Assembly: GCA_002435795.1 (NCBI GenBank) | Contig: DIUE01000068.1 | Span: 58,552 to 122,551, forward strand | Direction of reading: 5' to 3' | Source of the DNA: Bacteriovoracaceae bacterium UBA6166 | GTDB lineage: Bacteria > Bdellovibrionota > Bacteriovoracia > Bacteriovoracales > Bacteriovoracaceae | Length of the DNA stretch: 64,000 bases | Part shown: positions 8,718-18,904 of the stretch, one piece after another | Position numbering within the stretch: the first letter of the stretch is position 1 | How the letters are laid out: every line of letters begins with the position of its first letter | Translations under genes and position numbers: made by a program | The notes under the pieces: model-generated | What the model saw: the letters and a program-made list of their open reading frames with translations, nothing else | What the model was told of the DNA's origin: nothing | Databases searched by the model: none

Positions 8718-9563
8718 TTAAAAAGTTTTATATGAGAGAGCTGTTCTCTCCCAAAATCTTCTTTTCACTTCTTTTGTGCCTTCTGGCGATTTTTTATCGA
8801 CGATACGATTCAGGGCATAGTCAATCTCTTCAAAAATATCATTATAGCGATCATTCTGAATCATTTTAAAGAGTGGCTCACGAGCTTTTTCAAACTGGAG
8901 GTCTCCCACTGTTGTGATCACTTTTTTGATTAAGTGAGAACGTTTGTGAATGGATTCGTCTGTTTCGGCTTTGTCTTTTTTGTCTTTTTTATCTTTTTTA
9001 TCATTGTTAGCGACTGTCGGCTTGTAATAGTTTTTCGTATCATACAACATGGCCCAAACTTGTGGCGCTTGTCCTTTGAGGTTCAATTCACGAATATTTT
9101 CTAGTGCCTGACTTCGAACAATTAGAGACTCATCAGTAAGTGCTTTTGAGTAAAGTGATGCATATTTATCTTGCTTGAGCGCGAGCAGAGTTTTTAAGCT
9201 CGCCATTCTCATCACCCAGCTTGGGTGTTCCATAAACTTAGCAACAAAGGGAGCTGACTTCTGTCCCATAATCTGTCCAAGTAAAAAGGTCGCGACCCAT
9301 CGATTTTTGTCTGGGTATTTTCCATTTTTCATCACTTCTATGAGCGCCGGAACAGCTTGCCCGCCGAGCTTTAAAGTGTCCGCTCTCAAGAGCTCAACAT
9401 CTTCAACATTGGCATATTCAGTTGAATAGCGAGAGAGAATTATCTGAGTAATATCGCTTGAGCCTTTATTTTCGGCCAGCATCTTAGCGGAATCCGTTGG
9501 AGCACTATGACCCAATTGGCTTAAAAAGAAAAAAATTGAAATGAGCGTAACGAAATTTTTCAT
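8718..9563 (-). CDS. secreted HEAT/PBS-lyase-type repeat protein
   Basis: Signal peptide, then repeated helical units (VPALIEVMKNG...RWVATFLLGQI; SWVMRMASLKTLLAL; LIVRSQALENI) typical of HEAT repeats. Contains a KDKKDKKDKKDK tract. Confidence 0.6.
   Translation of the reverse strand: MKNFVTLISIFFFLSQLGHSAPTDSAKMLAENKGSSDITQIILSRYSTEYANVEDVELLRADTLKLGGQAVPALIEVMKNGKYPDKNRWVATFLLGQIMGQKSAPFVAKFMEHPSWVMRMASLKTLLALKQDKYASLYSKALTDESLIVRSQALENIRELNLKGQAPQVWAMLYDTKNYYKPTVANNDKKDKKDKKDKAETDESIHKRSHLIKKVITTVGDLQFEKAREPLFKMIQNDRYNDIFEEIDYALNRIVDKKSPEGTKEVKRRFWERTALSYKTF
8973..8999. repeat. 3 x 9-nt in-frame tandem repeat
   Basis: gtctttttt gtctttttt atctttttt on the plus strand, encoding the (KKD)n tract of the HEAT-repeat protein. 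Confidence 0.8.
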
Positions 9564-9587
9564 TGATCTATCCTCAATTAGCTTTTC

Positions 9588-10652
<1,065 letters not shown>

Positions 10653-10720
10653 GATCTCCGTCCTTGGAAAACGTTAAAAGTACCTAGTAAAATTATAGGT
10701 TTAGTCCAAATTCTTGTCAA

Positions 10721-11608
10721 TTAAGACAAGGAGTGCTGAAGGGTTCTAAATAGTTTTCCATGCACCGGTGATCTTGCAGCAACGATACCTTTATCAGCGA
10801 TCGCAAAATCCCGACCTTCATAGTTCGTTACTTTCACACCAGCATTTTTACAAATAAGCTGAGCAGCCGCAATATCCCAAGGAGGAAGGCCACGCTCCCA
10901 AAAACCGTCAAATGAGCCTCTAGCAACATAAGAGAGATCCAAGCAGGCACTGCCCATTCTTCGAAGGCCCCTTGAATTTCTCATCATCTCTTTAAAAAGT
11001 TCAAACTCTTGTTCATCCACGTATCCTTTTTCAGTGATAAAACCCGTGGCAAATAGACAGTCTTTTAATTTTTTAGCATTGGTTTGAGAGTCGAGAGATT
11101 TTCTGCGAGATGAAAGGTTCTTGAGAAATTGGGTCGGTTGGTTTTGGAGCGCGTAGAAATACTCTCCACTTGATGGCCTATGAATGAGTCCGAGCACCAC
11201 TTCACCCTGAACGCAGAGGGCGATACTGACAGCGTAATAACTCAAACCATTCAGAAAATTATTTGTGCCATCCAGTGGGTCGATAATCCAAAGCCAGTCT
11301 TTATCCAAATAGTTTTTATAAGACTGAATTTTTCCATGGTGTTCGAGATAAACCGATTCTTCCGCAAGAAAATCAGACTGCGGATATTTCTTTTTCAAAA
11401 AACTGATGATCTTTTTTTCTGCTTGATAATCAGCAGTAGAAACTACGCCTTGTGCATGTTTCGTCGTGATCTTAAGATCCCCTACTTTTTCTTGATACTT
11501 CAGCAAAAGCTTGCCTGTCTCTTCCGCAAGGATCAGACAATCTTTTAAAATTTTTTCAAGTTCAGCTTTCTTCATCATTCTCTTCATCGCCGTTATAGAA
11601 TTTTTCAA
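10721..11608 (-). CDS. suhB: inositol monophosphatase family protein
   Basis: IMPase motifs FLAEE, WIIDPLDGTNNF and the C-terminal WDIAAA. Start uncertain (M1, M8 or M12); it overlaps the yacG 3' end. Confidence 0.85.
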   Translation of the reverse strand: MKNSITAMKRMMKKAELEKILKDCLILAEETGKLLLKYQEKVGDLKITTKHAQGVVSTADYQAEKKIISFLKKKYPQSDFLAEESVYLEHHGKIQSYKNYLDKDWLWIIDPLDGTNNFLNGLSYYAVSIALCVQGEVVLGLIHRPSSGEYFYALQNQPTQFLKNLSSRRKSLDSQTNAKKLKDCLFATGFITEKGYVDEQEFELFKEMMRNSRGLRRMGSACLDLSYVARGSFDGFWERGLPPWDIAAAQLICKNAGVKVTNYEGRDFAIADKGIVAARSPVHGKLFRTLQHSLS

Positions 11609-11789
11609 CTGCCATTAAATCTTCTTCCGAGAGTGCGTGCTTTGAAGGCACCTGGTAGGTTTCATTAAACCAATGTCCGAGATCAATCATCTTGCATCTC
11701 TCTGAACAAAAAGGCCTGAAGGGAGATTCCCCGTAAATAAATACTTTTCCACACTGTGAGCATTTAATTTGTTTTTTGATCGTCATCAA
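11562..11789 (-). CDS. yacG: DNA gyrase inhibitor YacG (zinc finger)
   Basis: 75 aa. CSQCGK...RPFCSERCKMIDLGHW matches the YacG Cys4 signature. Confidence 0.8.
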   Translation of the reverse strand: MMTIKKQIKCSQCGKVFIYGESPFRPFCSERCKMIDLGHWFNETYQVPSKHALSEEDLMAVEKFYNGDEENDEES

Positions 11790-12585
11790 TCATCTCACTT
11801 TCTAAACTCTGAAGCTCTTTAAATTTCCGTCTTTGCGTCTCATTTAAACTTATGCCCATTTTACTGGCAAGTCTCAAGCCTTTTAGGCTATTGCTCAAAA
11901 CCAAGAGATCGTTCGTCTCTAGTTCATCAGATTTTATTCCTCGAATTTTTACGATTCTATTTGCCTGTTGCCATTTATTTAAGAAAGCTTGCTGATACAC
12001 TCCTCTCAAAATGCCTGCGCTCGGATCAGGAAGAAAAAGAGTCTCCTCTCTCAAGACAAAAAGACTGTGAACCGTCCCGCTGAGCATGCCCCGCTTAGGA
12101 TCTTCAAAAACAATCTCGTCAGCTTCAATATTTTGTTGCAAGAGTTCATGCTCCAAGGAGTAATCAGCAAGTTTCAGACTGGGATCGCGCTGATGCCGTC
12201 GTTGATCTTGAACGAAAGACACTTGCAAAAATTCTTCAGCACTTTCTAATGGGCGAAGAATCGCCACCCACTTCAGTTCACTTGCTTGATCGATCAAGCT
12301 AATGCGGACGGAAAGCGGTGCCAGTGCTCTAAGATCATCCCGTTTTAAAAAATTTATGATATCGGTTTTAAGCACAGGCCATTGATTTAAAAACTGTGGG
12401 TAAAGTTTAGAAATACTCGCCTCGAGGCGTGCCCCGTGCAGAGACCAAAACTCCGCGCCTGTTGTTTGTACTCGCATGGTTGTAAAAGCGTGTACACCTC
12501 GCAAGAAGGCTTTTGACAAGAGCCAGTCTGATGGCACAGTGTCACGGTACTTATGATCATAAAATATTTGTGGCAACTTCAGCAT
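11764..12585 (-). CDS. aminotransferase class IV fold protein (PabC/IlvE-like, divergent)
   Basis: 273 aa. SLKLADYSLEHELL sits where the PLP-Lys segment (K-x-x-N-y-L) is expected. The GMLSGTVHSLFVL..ETLFLP....GILRGVYQQ pattern resembles the class IV core. Weak, by eye only. Confidence 0.4.
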   Translation of the reverse strand: MLKLPQIFYDHKYRDTVPSDWLLSKAFLRGVHAFTTMRVQTTGAEFWSLHGARLEASISKLYPQFLNQWPVLKTDIINFLKRDDLRALAPLSVRISLIDQASELKWVAILRPLESAEEFLQVSFVQDQRRHQRDPSLKLADYSLEHELLQQNIEADEIVFEDPKRGMLSGTVHSLFVLREETLFLPDPSAGILRGVYQQAFLNKWQQANRIVKIRGIKSDELETNDLLVLSNSLKGLRLASKMGISLNETQRRKFKELQSLESEMIDDDQKTN

Positions 12586-12634
12586 TGTGATTCTTTGCGT
12601 TGAATTCTTCTCTTGCCCATGATAGCCAAAAGCA

Positions 12635-13588
12635 TTGCAAATGAATAATCGAAAACACGGGTGTGACTTGAAAAAAAGACTGGCAATTATTGGCCACGGC
12701 TCCCAAGGCCTCGCGTGGTCGCAAAACCTGAGCCGCCAGGGCTGGGAAATCGCTTTCTACCTGCGAGCAGGGAGTGCGAGCGCTCATAAAGTCACGACAG
12801 GACTCGCTCTAAGTATCGATGATCCAAAACTCAAAGAAGAAGAACTAGTCGCTCTCTTGATTCCAGATGAGCAACACCCAGCTTTTTTAGAGAAATACGA
12901 AGAGAAATTATCCCCAAAGGCTTTAGTCATTTTGGCCCACGGTTATAGCTACGAGGCTTTTCAATTTGAAACGCTCTACCCAAAACGTGGCTTCGCTCTT
13001 TGCGCCCCCAAAGCCATTGCCAGCGAATTATCTAAAAGAGCCGCGCGGGGAGCACAGCTGGCCGGAGTTTGGCATTTAAATAAACAGGCCCAGACCTTTG
13101 AAGACACTTTAAAAACTTTGATGCACGACCTTGGATTAACTTATACGTTAAACGCTAGTTTTGAAGCGGAAACCAAAGCGGATCTTTTCTCTGAGCAAAC
13201 ACTTCTGTGCTCGCTGCTGCCTTATGGAGCGGCAAAAGCCTTTCAGCATTTGGTTGATCGCGGGATCAGTCGGGAACTGGCCTTTATTGAGTGTTGGATG
13301 GAGATGAAGCTGATTGCCGACACTCTTGTGAGTATGGGGCCGTTGGAATTTTTCAATCTTATTAGTCCAAACGCTTTAATTGGTGGACATCAAGCTTCAA
13401 AAAAACTTTTAGGAGCGGAGTTTGATAAGGGTTTAGAAGAATTGTATACTCAAATCAATGATGGAAGCTTTTATAAGACTTGCCGCCAAACAAACGCCGA
13501 GACAGTTCGCAGTGAAATAAGCCGCGACTGGGGACAATCAGATCTTCAAAAAACGTTCGAAGAATTAAAAAAACTTGTTCAAGACTAG
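12635..13588 (+). CDS. ilvC: ketol-acid reductoisomerase family protein (short class I, IlvC-like); possible ketopantoate reductase role
   Basis: Rossmann motif LAIIGHGSQGLAWSQNL. C-domain motifs DLFSEQTLLCS and AFIECWMEMKLIADTL match KARI signatures. Sits directly upstream of panB. Confidence 0.72.
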   Translation: MQMNNRKHGCDLKKRLAIIGHGSQGLAWSQNLSRQGWEIAFYLRAGSASAHKVTTGLALSIDDPKLKEEELVALLIPDEQHPAFLEKYEEKLSPKALVILAHGYSYEAFQFETLYPKRGFALCAPKAIASELSKRAARGAQLAGVWHLNKQAQTFEDTLKTLMHDLGLTYTLNASFEAETKADLFSEQTLLCSLLPYGAAKAFQHLVDRGISRELAFIECWMEMKLIADTLVSMGPLEFFNLISPNALIGGHQASKKLLGAEFDKGLEELYTQINDGSFYKTCRQTNAETVRSEISRDWGQSDLQKTFEELKKLVQD

Positions 13589-13601
13589 CTCAAGGAATCC
13601 T

Positions 13602-14363
13602 ATGAAAAAGCACACTACCCGAAGCCTTAAAGCCTCAAAGAAAAGTCTTGGAGCACGCAAAATAAATATGCTGACTTGTTATGATTTTCAAACAGCGCAA
13701 GTGCTGAATGAAACAAGTCTTGACGTTATTTTAGTGGGCGATAGTCTCGGAAACGTGGTGCTCGGTTACGAGACGACGGTTGAAGTCTCAATTGAAGAAA
13801 TGAAAATTTTCGCCAGTGCCGTCAGAAGAGGCGCGCCAGATAAATTTGTCGTCGTCGATATGCCCTTTGGCAGTTACGCCACGGTCGAGCAAGGCTTAAC
13901 AAATGCTATTGAACTTTTTAAAGCGACTAAAGCAGAAGCGCTTAAAATTGAGGGCGCTTTCCCCTACCAGCTCGAATTGATTGAGCGCTTAAACCAAGTG
14001 GGAATTCCCGTTATGGGACATATTGGTTTAAGACCTCAATCAGTACATCAGCAAGGGGGCTATTTCACTCATGGCAAACAATCGGCCGAGGCGTTGGTTT
14101 TAAAAGAAGAGGCTAAACAACTTGAAAAAGCAGGGGCCTTCTCTGTTGTTTTAGAATGTGTCGCTGCAGACTTGGCGACTGAGATCACAAAAGAGTTAAG
14201 CATTCCAACCATTGGCATCGGCTCAGGTGAAGAAACAGACGGACAAGTCTTAGTCATCAATGATCTTTTACAGATGGGACCAAACAAGCCGCCGCAATTT
14301 TGTCAGCCTATTAGCAATTTATTTGAACTTAAAAAGAAACTCATTACTGATTACCTCAAATGA
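13602..14363 (+). CDS. panB: 3-methyl-2-oxobutanoate hydroxymethyltransferase
   Basis: LTCYDFQTAQ..., ILVGDSLGNVVLGYETT, VVDMPFGSY, MGHIGLRPQS. ATG at 13602 is preceded by AAGGAA; the track start 13575 overlaps ilvC. Confidence 0.92.
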   Translation: MKKHTTRSLKASKKSLGARKINMLTCYDFQTAQVLNETSLDVILVGDSLGNVVLGYETTVEVSIEEMKIFASAVRRGAPDKFVVVDMPFGSYATVEQGLTNAIELFKATKAEALKIEGAFPYQLELIERLNQVGIPVMGHIGLRPQSVHQQGGYFTHGKQSAEALVLKEEAKQLEKAGAFSVVLECVAADLATEITKELSIPTIGIGSGEETDGQVLVINDLLQMGPNKPPQFCQPISNLFELKKKLITDYLK

Positions 14364-15091
14364 CAAAAACAGTTTTTACCCTAGATCTTGGAAACTCCAA
14401 TCCCCATGTGGGACATTTTGAATCAGGTAGGTTGCTTGAGGTCATGACGTGGAATGAGTTTCGAAAAAAATGGCCAGCGAACAAATTAAGTTCACAGCAG
14501 TTGATCAAATCTCAAGTGGGAAACAATCCTGAGGGACTTGAAGACTATCTGGTTTTTTGCCAGGAAGTTCCGAAACTTGAGAAGTTGCGTTTTCTTGAGA
14601 TGCCCGTTTTCTATAGTGAAACCCTGGGCTTTGATCGCCTCTACCAGGCTTATCTCGCCTATAAAAAGTTTGCGAGCACGGGCCCCGTTGCCGTCATCGA
14701 CGCTGGAACCTTTATCACCATGGACTTAATTGATTCAAAAGGCTTTCAAGGGGGCTATATCTTTCCGGGCCTGACACCTTTTCTTTCGAGCTATCGCCAA
14801 GGAAGTCAGTTGCCTGCTTTAAAGCTTGATCATTGGCAGAGCGCTGAAAACTTGCCTCAAACGACCGAAGCCGCCATTTTGCAAGCGACGCAGTTTTATC
14901 TGCAAAAAATTGTCTCGGGATTTTTAGATCAAACATCTCCGGCCAAACTTATTCTGACTGGTGGGGCCCACGGCTTGATTGAATCGGCCTTGAAAAATGA
15001 AAAATTATTGAAGAAAGTTGAACTGGTCTCAGAACCTCATTTTATTCATGAAGCCCTATTCAAGATCTTCATCGCTAAAGATGCTCGCTAG
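14360..15091 (+). CDS. coaX: type III pantothenate kinase
   Basis: LDLGNSNPHVG (phosphate-1), IDAGTFITMD, LTGG. ATGA start/stop overlap with panB. Confidence 0.82.
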   Translation: MTKTVFTLDLGNSNPHVGHFESGRLLEVMTWNEFRKKWPANKLSSQQLIKSQVGNNPEGLEDYLVFCQEVPKLEKLRFLEMPVFYSETLGFDRLYQAYLAYKKFASTGPVAVIDAGTFITMDLIDSKGFQGGYIFPGLTPFLSSYRQGSQLPALKLDHWQSAENLPQTTEAAILQATQFYLQKIVSGFLDQTSPAKLILTGGAHGLIESALKNEKLLKKVELVSEPHFIHEALFKIFIAKDAR

Positions 15092-15298
15092 CTCCTCAGG
15101 AATCTCCACCGCTCGATATTTCTTATCGTTGGTGGTTCTGAGCCAAAAGCCAGTATGAACCTCGCCTTCCAGCACCATATTGATGGGCTTAATCGAGATT
15201 AAGTGGTCAGTATTCAGAAGTAATGTTTCGAAAACATCACTTACCTCATGAGGATCACGGGTAGAAACCACTTTAAATTTCAAAAACTTTCTTTTCAT
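15056..15298 (-). CDS. small hypothetical protein
   Basis: ORF antiparallel between coaX and coaBC, overlapping the coaX 3' end by 36 nt. Start assumed at MKRKFLKF. No confident motif; may not be expressed. Confidence 0.3.
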   Translation of the reverse strand: MKRKFLKFKVVSTRDPHEVSDVFETLLLNTDHLISIKPINMVLEGEVHTGFWLRTTNDKKYRAVEIPEELASIFSDEDLE

Positions 15299-15411
15299 GG
15301 CGAGAGTATGCCTCAAAAAGACGCCCCGCACAAGTCACCACCTAAGATTTACATCTTTACGTAGGTATGAAATAAAACAGCGTTTTAGGTTCATTTCAGG
15401 AGCATAAGTCA

Positions 15412-16632
15412 TTGAGAATCCTTTTAGGTGTTTGCGGTTCAATAGCCGCTTATAAAACCTTCGATCTTGCTCGAAGCCTGGTAAAAAAAGGCCACGAAGT
15501 AAAGGTGATCCTGACCCGTGGAGCTTTGGAATTCGTTAAGCCCGAGGTTTACCGCTATCTCGGCGTGAGTGATGTCTATTTGGACCAAGACGATTTTGCT
15601 ACTCAGGGGCCTGGAGTTTTGCATGTAGAGCTTTGTAAATGGGCCCATCGTTTGGTGATCGCTCCCTGCTCGGCCAATACTCTGGCCGAACTCTCGCAAG
15701 GCAGTGCTAAGCAATTACTGACTACGGTCTTTCTCGCACTCCCTTTAGAAAAACCTGTTTTGATTTTCCCAGCTATGAACACCCAGATGCTTTATCATCC
15801 GTTTGTTCAAGACAATCTCAAAATTCTTAAGCGTTTTGATCTTCATCCTAACTGCTATCTTGCTCCCACTGATTCAGGTCTGCTGGCCTGTGGTGACATA
15901 GGTGAAGGCAAGCTGATGGATGTCGCTGTCATCGAAGAGTTGATCTTATCACTTAACCCAAAACTCAAAACTGATGCTCCCCAAGTTTTAATTACCATGG
16001 GAGCGACTAAGGCTTTGCTTGATCCCGTTCGTTTCCTCACTAATCCAGCTTCCGGTTTAACAGCTGCGTTGATTGCAAAATCTTTTCATCAAAAAGGTTT
16101 CAAGGTCGTGATTGTCGCTGGCGAAGACGCTTATAAAAACTATTCTTATCTCGCCCATTTCCCCTTTATAAAAATGATTAAAGCCGTCTCGACGTCTGAT
16201 ATGCACCAAGCGGTGATCGAGCATTTTCCAATGAGCAAAATTTATCTCTCACCAGCGGCTATTGGAGATGTGGAGTTTGATTACAAAGACGAGAAATTGA
16301 AAAAAGACACTCTCGCGAACAGCCTGCCACTTAAGCCAAGTGTGGATATCTTAAAAAGCGTGATTGACCTAAAAAAATCAGATCAAGTTATTGTGGGATT
16401 TGCCGCTGAAACTGATGTCTCTGATGAAGTCCTTTTAAAGAAATTAAAATCGAAGCCTTGTGATTTTCTCGTCGGTACAAAAGTTCATCAAGGTGGACTT
16501 ATGAGTGAGCGACAAGGTTTTCAAAATGCCAACGCCCATTATCGTATTTTCCAAAAAACAGATGTGATTTTTGAGGGTGAGCTTGCCAAAGAAGAATTAG
16601 CTCAAAAATTAGTGGGGCTCACCAGTCTATGA
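15412..16632 (+). CDS. coaBC: bifunctional phosphopantothenoylcysteine decarboxylase / phosphopantothenate-cysteine ligase
   Basis: N-terminal flavoprotein motif ILLGVCGSIAAYK, PAMN, and a C-terminal CoaB domain. TTG start at 15412 with AGGAG 9 nt upstream. Confidence 0.92.
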   Translation: MRILLGVCGSIAAYKTFDLARSLVKKGHEVKVILTRGALEFVKPEVYRYLGVSDVYLDQDDFATQGPGVLHVELCKWAHRLVIAPCSANTLAELSQGSAKQLLTTVFLALPLEKPVLIFPAMNTQMLYHPFVQDNLKILKRFDLHPNCYLAPTDSGLLACGDIGEGKLMDVAVIEELILSLNPKLKTDAPQVLITMGATKALLDPVRFLTNPASGLTAALIAKSFHQKGFKVVIVAGEDAYKNYSYLAHFPFIKMIKAVSTSDMHQAVIEHFPMSKIYLSPAAIGDVEFDYKDEKLKKDTLANSLPLKPSVDILKSVIDLKKSDQVIVGFAAETDVSDEVLLKKLKSKPCDFLVGTKVHQGGLMSERQGFQNANAHYRIFQKTDVIFEGELAKEELAQKLVGLTSL

Positions 16633-17486
16633 TAACTATTTTTAAAAAATCTTCAGAGCTTCTTCATTGGAGAGCAAGTGAAGAGCAGTCCATTGGTCTC
16701 GTACCCACAATGGGTAACCTCCACTCAGGTCACCTAAGCCTTCTAGAAGCTTCTGTTGAAAAACATCCAGTTTCGGTTATCACGATCTTTGTCAATCCCA
16801 AACAATTTGGGCCGAATGAAGATTTTGAGAGATATCCCAGAACGCTTGAAGATGATATCAATCTGATTGAAGAGCTCGCTCAAAAAAAACCACAGAGAAA
16901 AATTATTCTTTTCGCTCCTGAGTCGGTTGAAGAAATATTCCCAACAGATTTTCAAACTTCAATTATCGTGACTGGAGTCACCAACAAGCTTTGTGGAAAA
17001 ACCCGCCCCACTCATTTCCAAGGAGTCACGACTGTTGTGTATCGACTCTTTTCATTGATTAATCCGCACACCGCTTATTTCGGTCAGAAAGACTGGCAAC
17101 AAGTCGTCGTGCTCAAAAAAATGGCAACAGATCTTAGATTACAAGTGCGAGTGAAAAGCTGTCCCCTAGTGAGATCAAAGAGTGGTTTGGCCCTGAGTAG
17201 TCGCAATCAGTATTTAAGTTCAGAGGAAAAAGAAGAGGCGTTAATTCTTTATAGAACACTTAAGACAGGCCTTGAAAGACTACAAAAAGGCGACTCGCCT
17301 GAAATGATTAGTCAGTATTTTGAAACACTCAAATCGGGCTTCGAGTATTTAGAAATCCTCGATGCAGAAACACTTGAAGAGGTTCACCCTCAAACTCAGA
17401 CAATCGCTCTGCTCGGCGCTCTTCAGATGAAGCGAGCGCGATTGATTGATAATATTTTATTCACTAGGAAAAAATTGAATGATTGA
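16629..17486 (+). CDS. panC: pantoate-beta-alanine ligase
   Basis: VPTMGNLHSGHLSL (HIGH-like), FVNPKQFGPNEDF, FGQKDWQQ. ATGA overlap with coaBC. Confidence 0.93.
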   Translation: MITIFKKSSELLHWRASEEQSIGLVPTMGNLHSGHLSLLEASVEKHPVSVITIFVNPKQFGPNEDFERYPRTLEDDINLIEELAQKKPQRKIILFAPESVEEIFPTDFQTSIIVTGVTNKLCGKTRPTHFQGVTTVVYRLFSLINPHTAYFGQKDWQQVVVLKKMATDLRLQVRVKSCPLVRSKSGLALSSRNQYLSSEEKEEALILYRTLKTGLERLQKGDSPEMISQYFETLKSGFEYLEILDAETLEEVHPQTQTIALLGALQMKRARLIDNILFTRKKLND

Positions 17487-18810
17487 TAATGAATACAATT
17501 TAGCGACCGATAAAAAGGCTTCATTGGTCTCCATGATCTGTCCTAAGTTCAACGAACATAGCACTGAGGAAGAGACACTTCGCTCTCTTAGAGAGTTACG
17601 AGAACTACTCAGAACCCTTGGAGTAGAAGCGGGGGAGCAGTATCTTCAAAACCGCAAAACCATTGAAGCCGCGACGATCTTAGGTTCAGGAAGACTGCTT
17701 GAGATTGCAGATGCCGCGAGACTCGAAGGCAGCTCAGTTTTAGTTTTTGATTTCGAACTCACCGCAAGTCAGGCGCGGAATATTAAAAAACTTACAGGAC
17801 TCGCAGTCGTTGATCGCTGCCACGTAATTTTAGAAATTTTTGCTAAACACGCGCAGACCAGAGAAGCCAAAATTCAAATCGAGATCTCTCGCTTACAATA
17901 CGTTCTGCCACGTCTCTCTGGATTTTGGACCCATTTGTCTCGTCAACGAGGTGGTGTGGGTGTGCGAGGTGGTGAGGGTGAGCAGCAAATCGAACTCGAT
18001 CGCCGAATTATTCGCGAGCGAATTGAGTTCTTCAAACGAGAACTGGTTGAAGTCATCAAGTCTCGCGATCAACAAAAGAAAAAACGCCAAAATAAAGCTG
18101 TGACTGCAGCACTTGTCGGTTATACCAACGCAGGTAAATCTTCTGTGATGAATCGTATGTGTCAAGTGAATGTGCTTGAAGAGGACAAACTCTTTGCCAC
18201 TCTTGATTCAACTTATCGCATGCTCAATCCAGATACAAAACCGCCCATGATTTTAATTGATACGGTGGGATTTATTTCAAACCTTCCGAACACCTTGATT
18301 GACGGTTTTCGAACGACTCTTGAATCGGCTATGGAAGCGGATCTTTTAGTGATTGTTTGTGATGTCTCCGATCCGGCTTTTGAGAAGCATTTACAAGTGA
18401 CCAGCGAAGTTTTGAAAGAGCTGAATATTGAAGGGAAAGATCAGATTATTGTTTTCAACAAAAAAGATCTTTTGCACGACGAGATGAAGAAGAAAATTAT
18501 TCTTCGCTCTCACCCCAATAGTTTTTTAATCTCTGCCAATGATCCAAAAGATATTAACGAGCTGAGAGAAACCATCATCAATTATTTTTTGAATAAACAA
18601 CATCATTACGATCTTTTTGTTCCTTACGACGAAGGAAGTGCTCACTCACAGCTTGAGAGTAAAACGAATATTCTTAGCCGCCAAAATCATGAAAAAGGGA
18701 TTTTCTATCGCGTGAGATCCCCTGACTTCATTTTTAATGCCCTTGGAATCCAGCGCTTTATCTTGGCCCCTAACGATCCTCTATGGCAGGAGATGCAAAA
18801 CAAGCTTTAG
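17479..18810 (+). CDS. hflX: GTPase HflX
   Basis: HflX N-domain (RCHVILEIFAKHAQTREAKIQIEISRLQY), GEGEQQIELDRR, G1 GYTNAGKSS, G3 DTVGF, G4 NKKD. Confidence 0.92.
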   Translation: MIDNEYNLATDKKASLVSMICPKFNEHSTEEETLRSLRELRELLRTLGVEAGEQYLQNRKTIEAATILGSGRLLEIADAARLEGSSVLVFDFELTASQARNIKKLTGLAVVDRCHVILEIFAKHAQTREAKIQIEISRLQYVLPRLSGFWTHLSRQRGGVGVRGGEGEQQIELDRRIIRERIEFFKRELVEVIKSRDQQKKKRQNKAVTAALVGYTNAGKSSVMNRMCQVNVLEEDKLFATLDSTYRMLNPDTKPPMILIDTVGFISNLPNTLIDGFRTTLESAMEADLLVIVCDVSDPAFEKHLQVTSEVLKELNIEGKDQIIVFNKKDLLHDEMKKKIILRSHPNSFLISANDPKDINELRETIINYFLNKQHHYDLFVPYDEGSAHSQLESKTNILSRQNHEKGIFYRVRSPDFIFNALGIQRFILAPNDPLWQEMQNKL

Positions 18811-18838
18811 TACACGACCAAGATGTACGTGTACTAAA
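18806..18838. other. 11-bp perfect inverted repeat with 11-nt spacer spanning the hflX stop codon
   Basis: tttagtacacg (18806-18816), accaagatgta, cgtgtactaaa (18828-18838). No U-run follows, so it is not a classic intrinsic terminator. Confidence 0.6.
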
Positions 18839-18846
18839 CGCCAGTA

Positions 18847-18875
18847 TTGCTTGTTTTCCGTCAATATTTTACACT
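18847..18875 (+). promoter_or_regulatory. candidate sigma-70 promoter for the DUF3015/DUF4105 pair
   Basis: TTGCTT (18847-52), 17-nt spacer, TACACT (18870-75), about 30 nt upstream of the ATG at 18905. Confidence 0.35.
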
Positions 18876-18904
18876 TATTCAAAGATCAACATCATGGAGG
18901 ATGG

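Noticed and set aside
15056-15331. Weak resemblance of the small antisense ORF between coaX and coaBC to FlbD-like small flagellar proteins (..LLLNTDHLISIKPI.. ..NDKKYRAVEIPEEL).
   Set aside because: The similarity is only a loose pattern with a gap of about 15 aa, and the gene is not in a flagellar context. It is kept as a hypothetical protein only.
18737-18904. 56-codon N-terminal extension of the DUF3015 ORF given in the ORF track.
   Set aside because: It overlaps the hflX 3' end and the inverted repeat and encodes no signal peptide. The internal ATG at 18905 has a GGAGGA RBS and starts a classic signal peptide.
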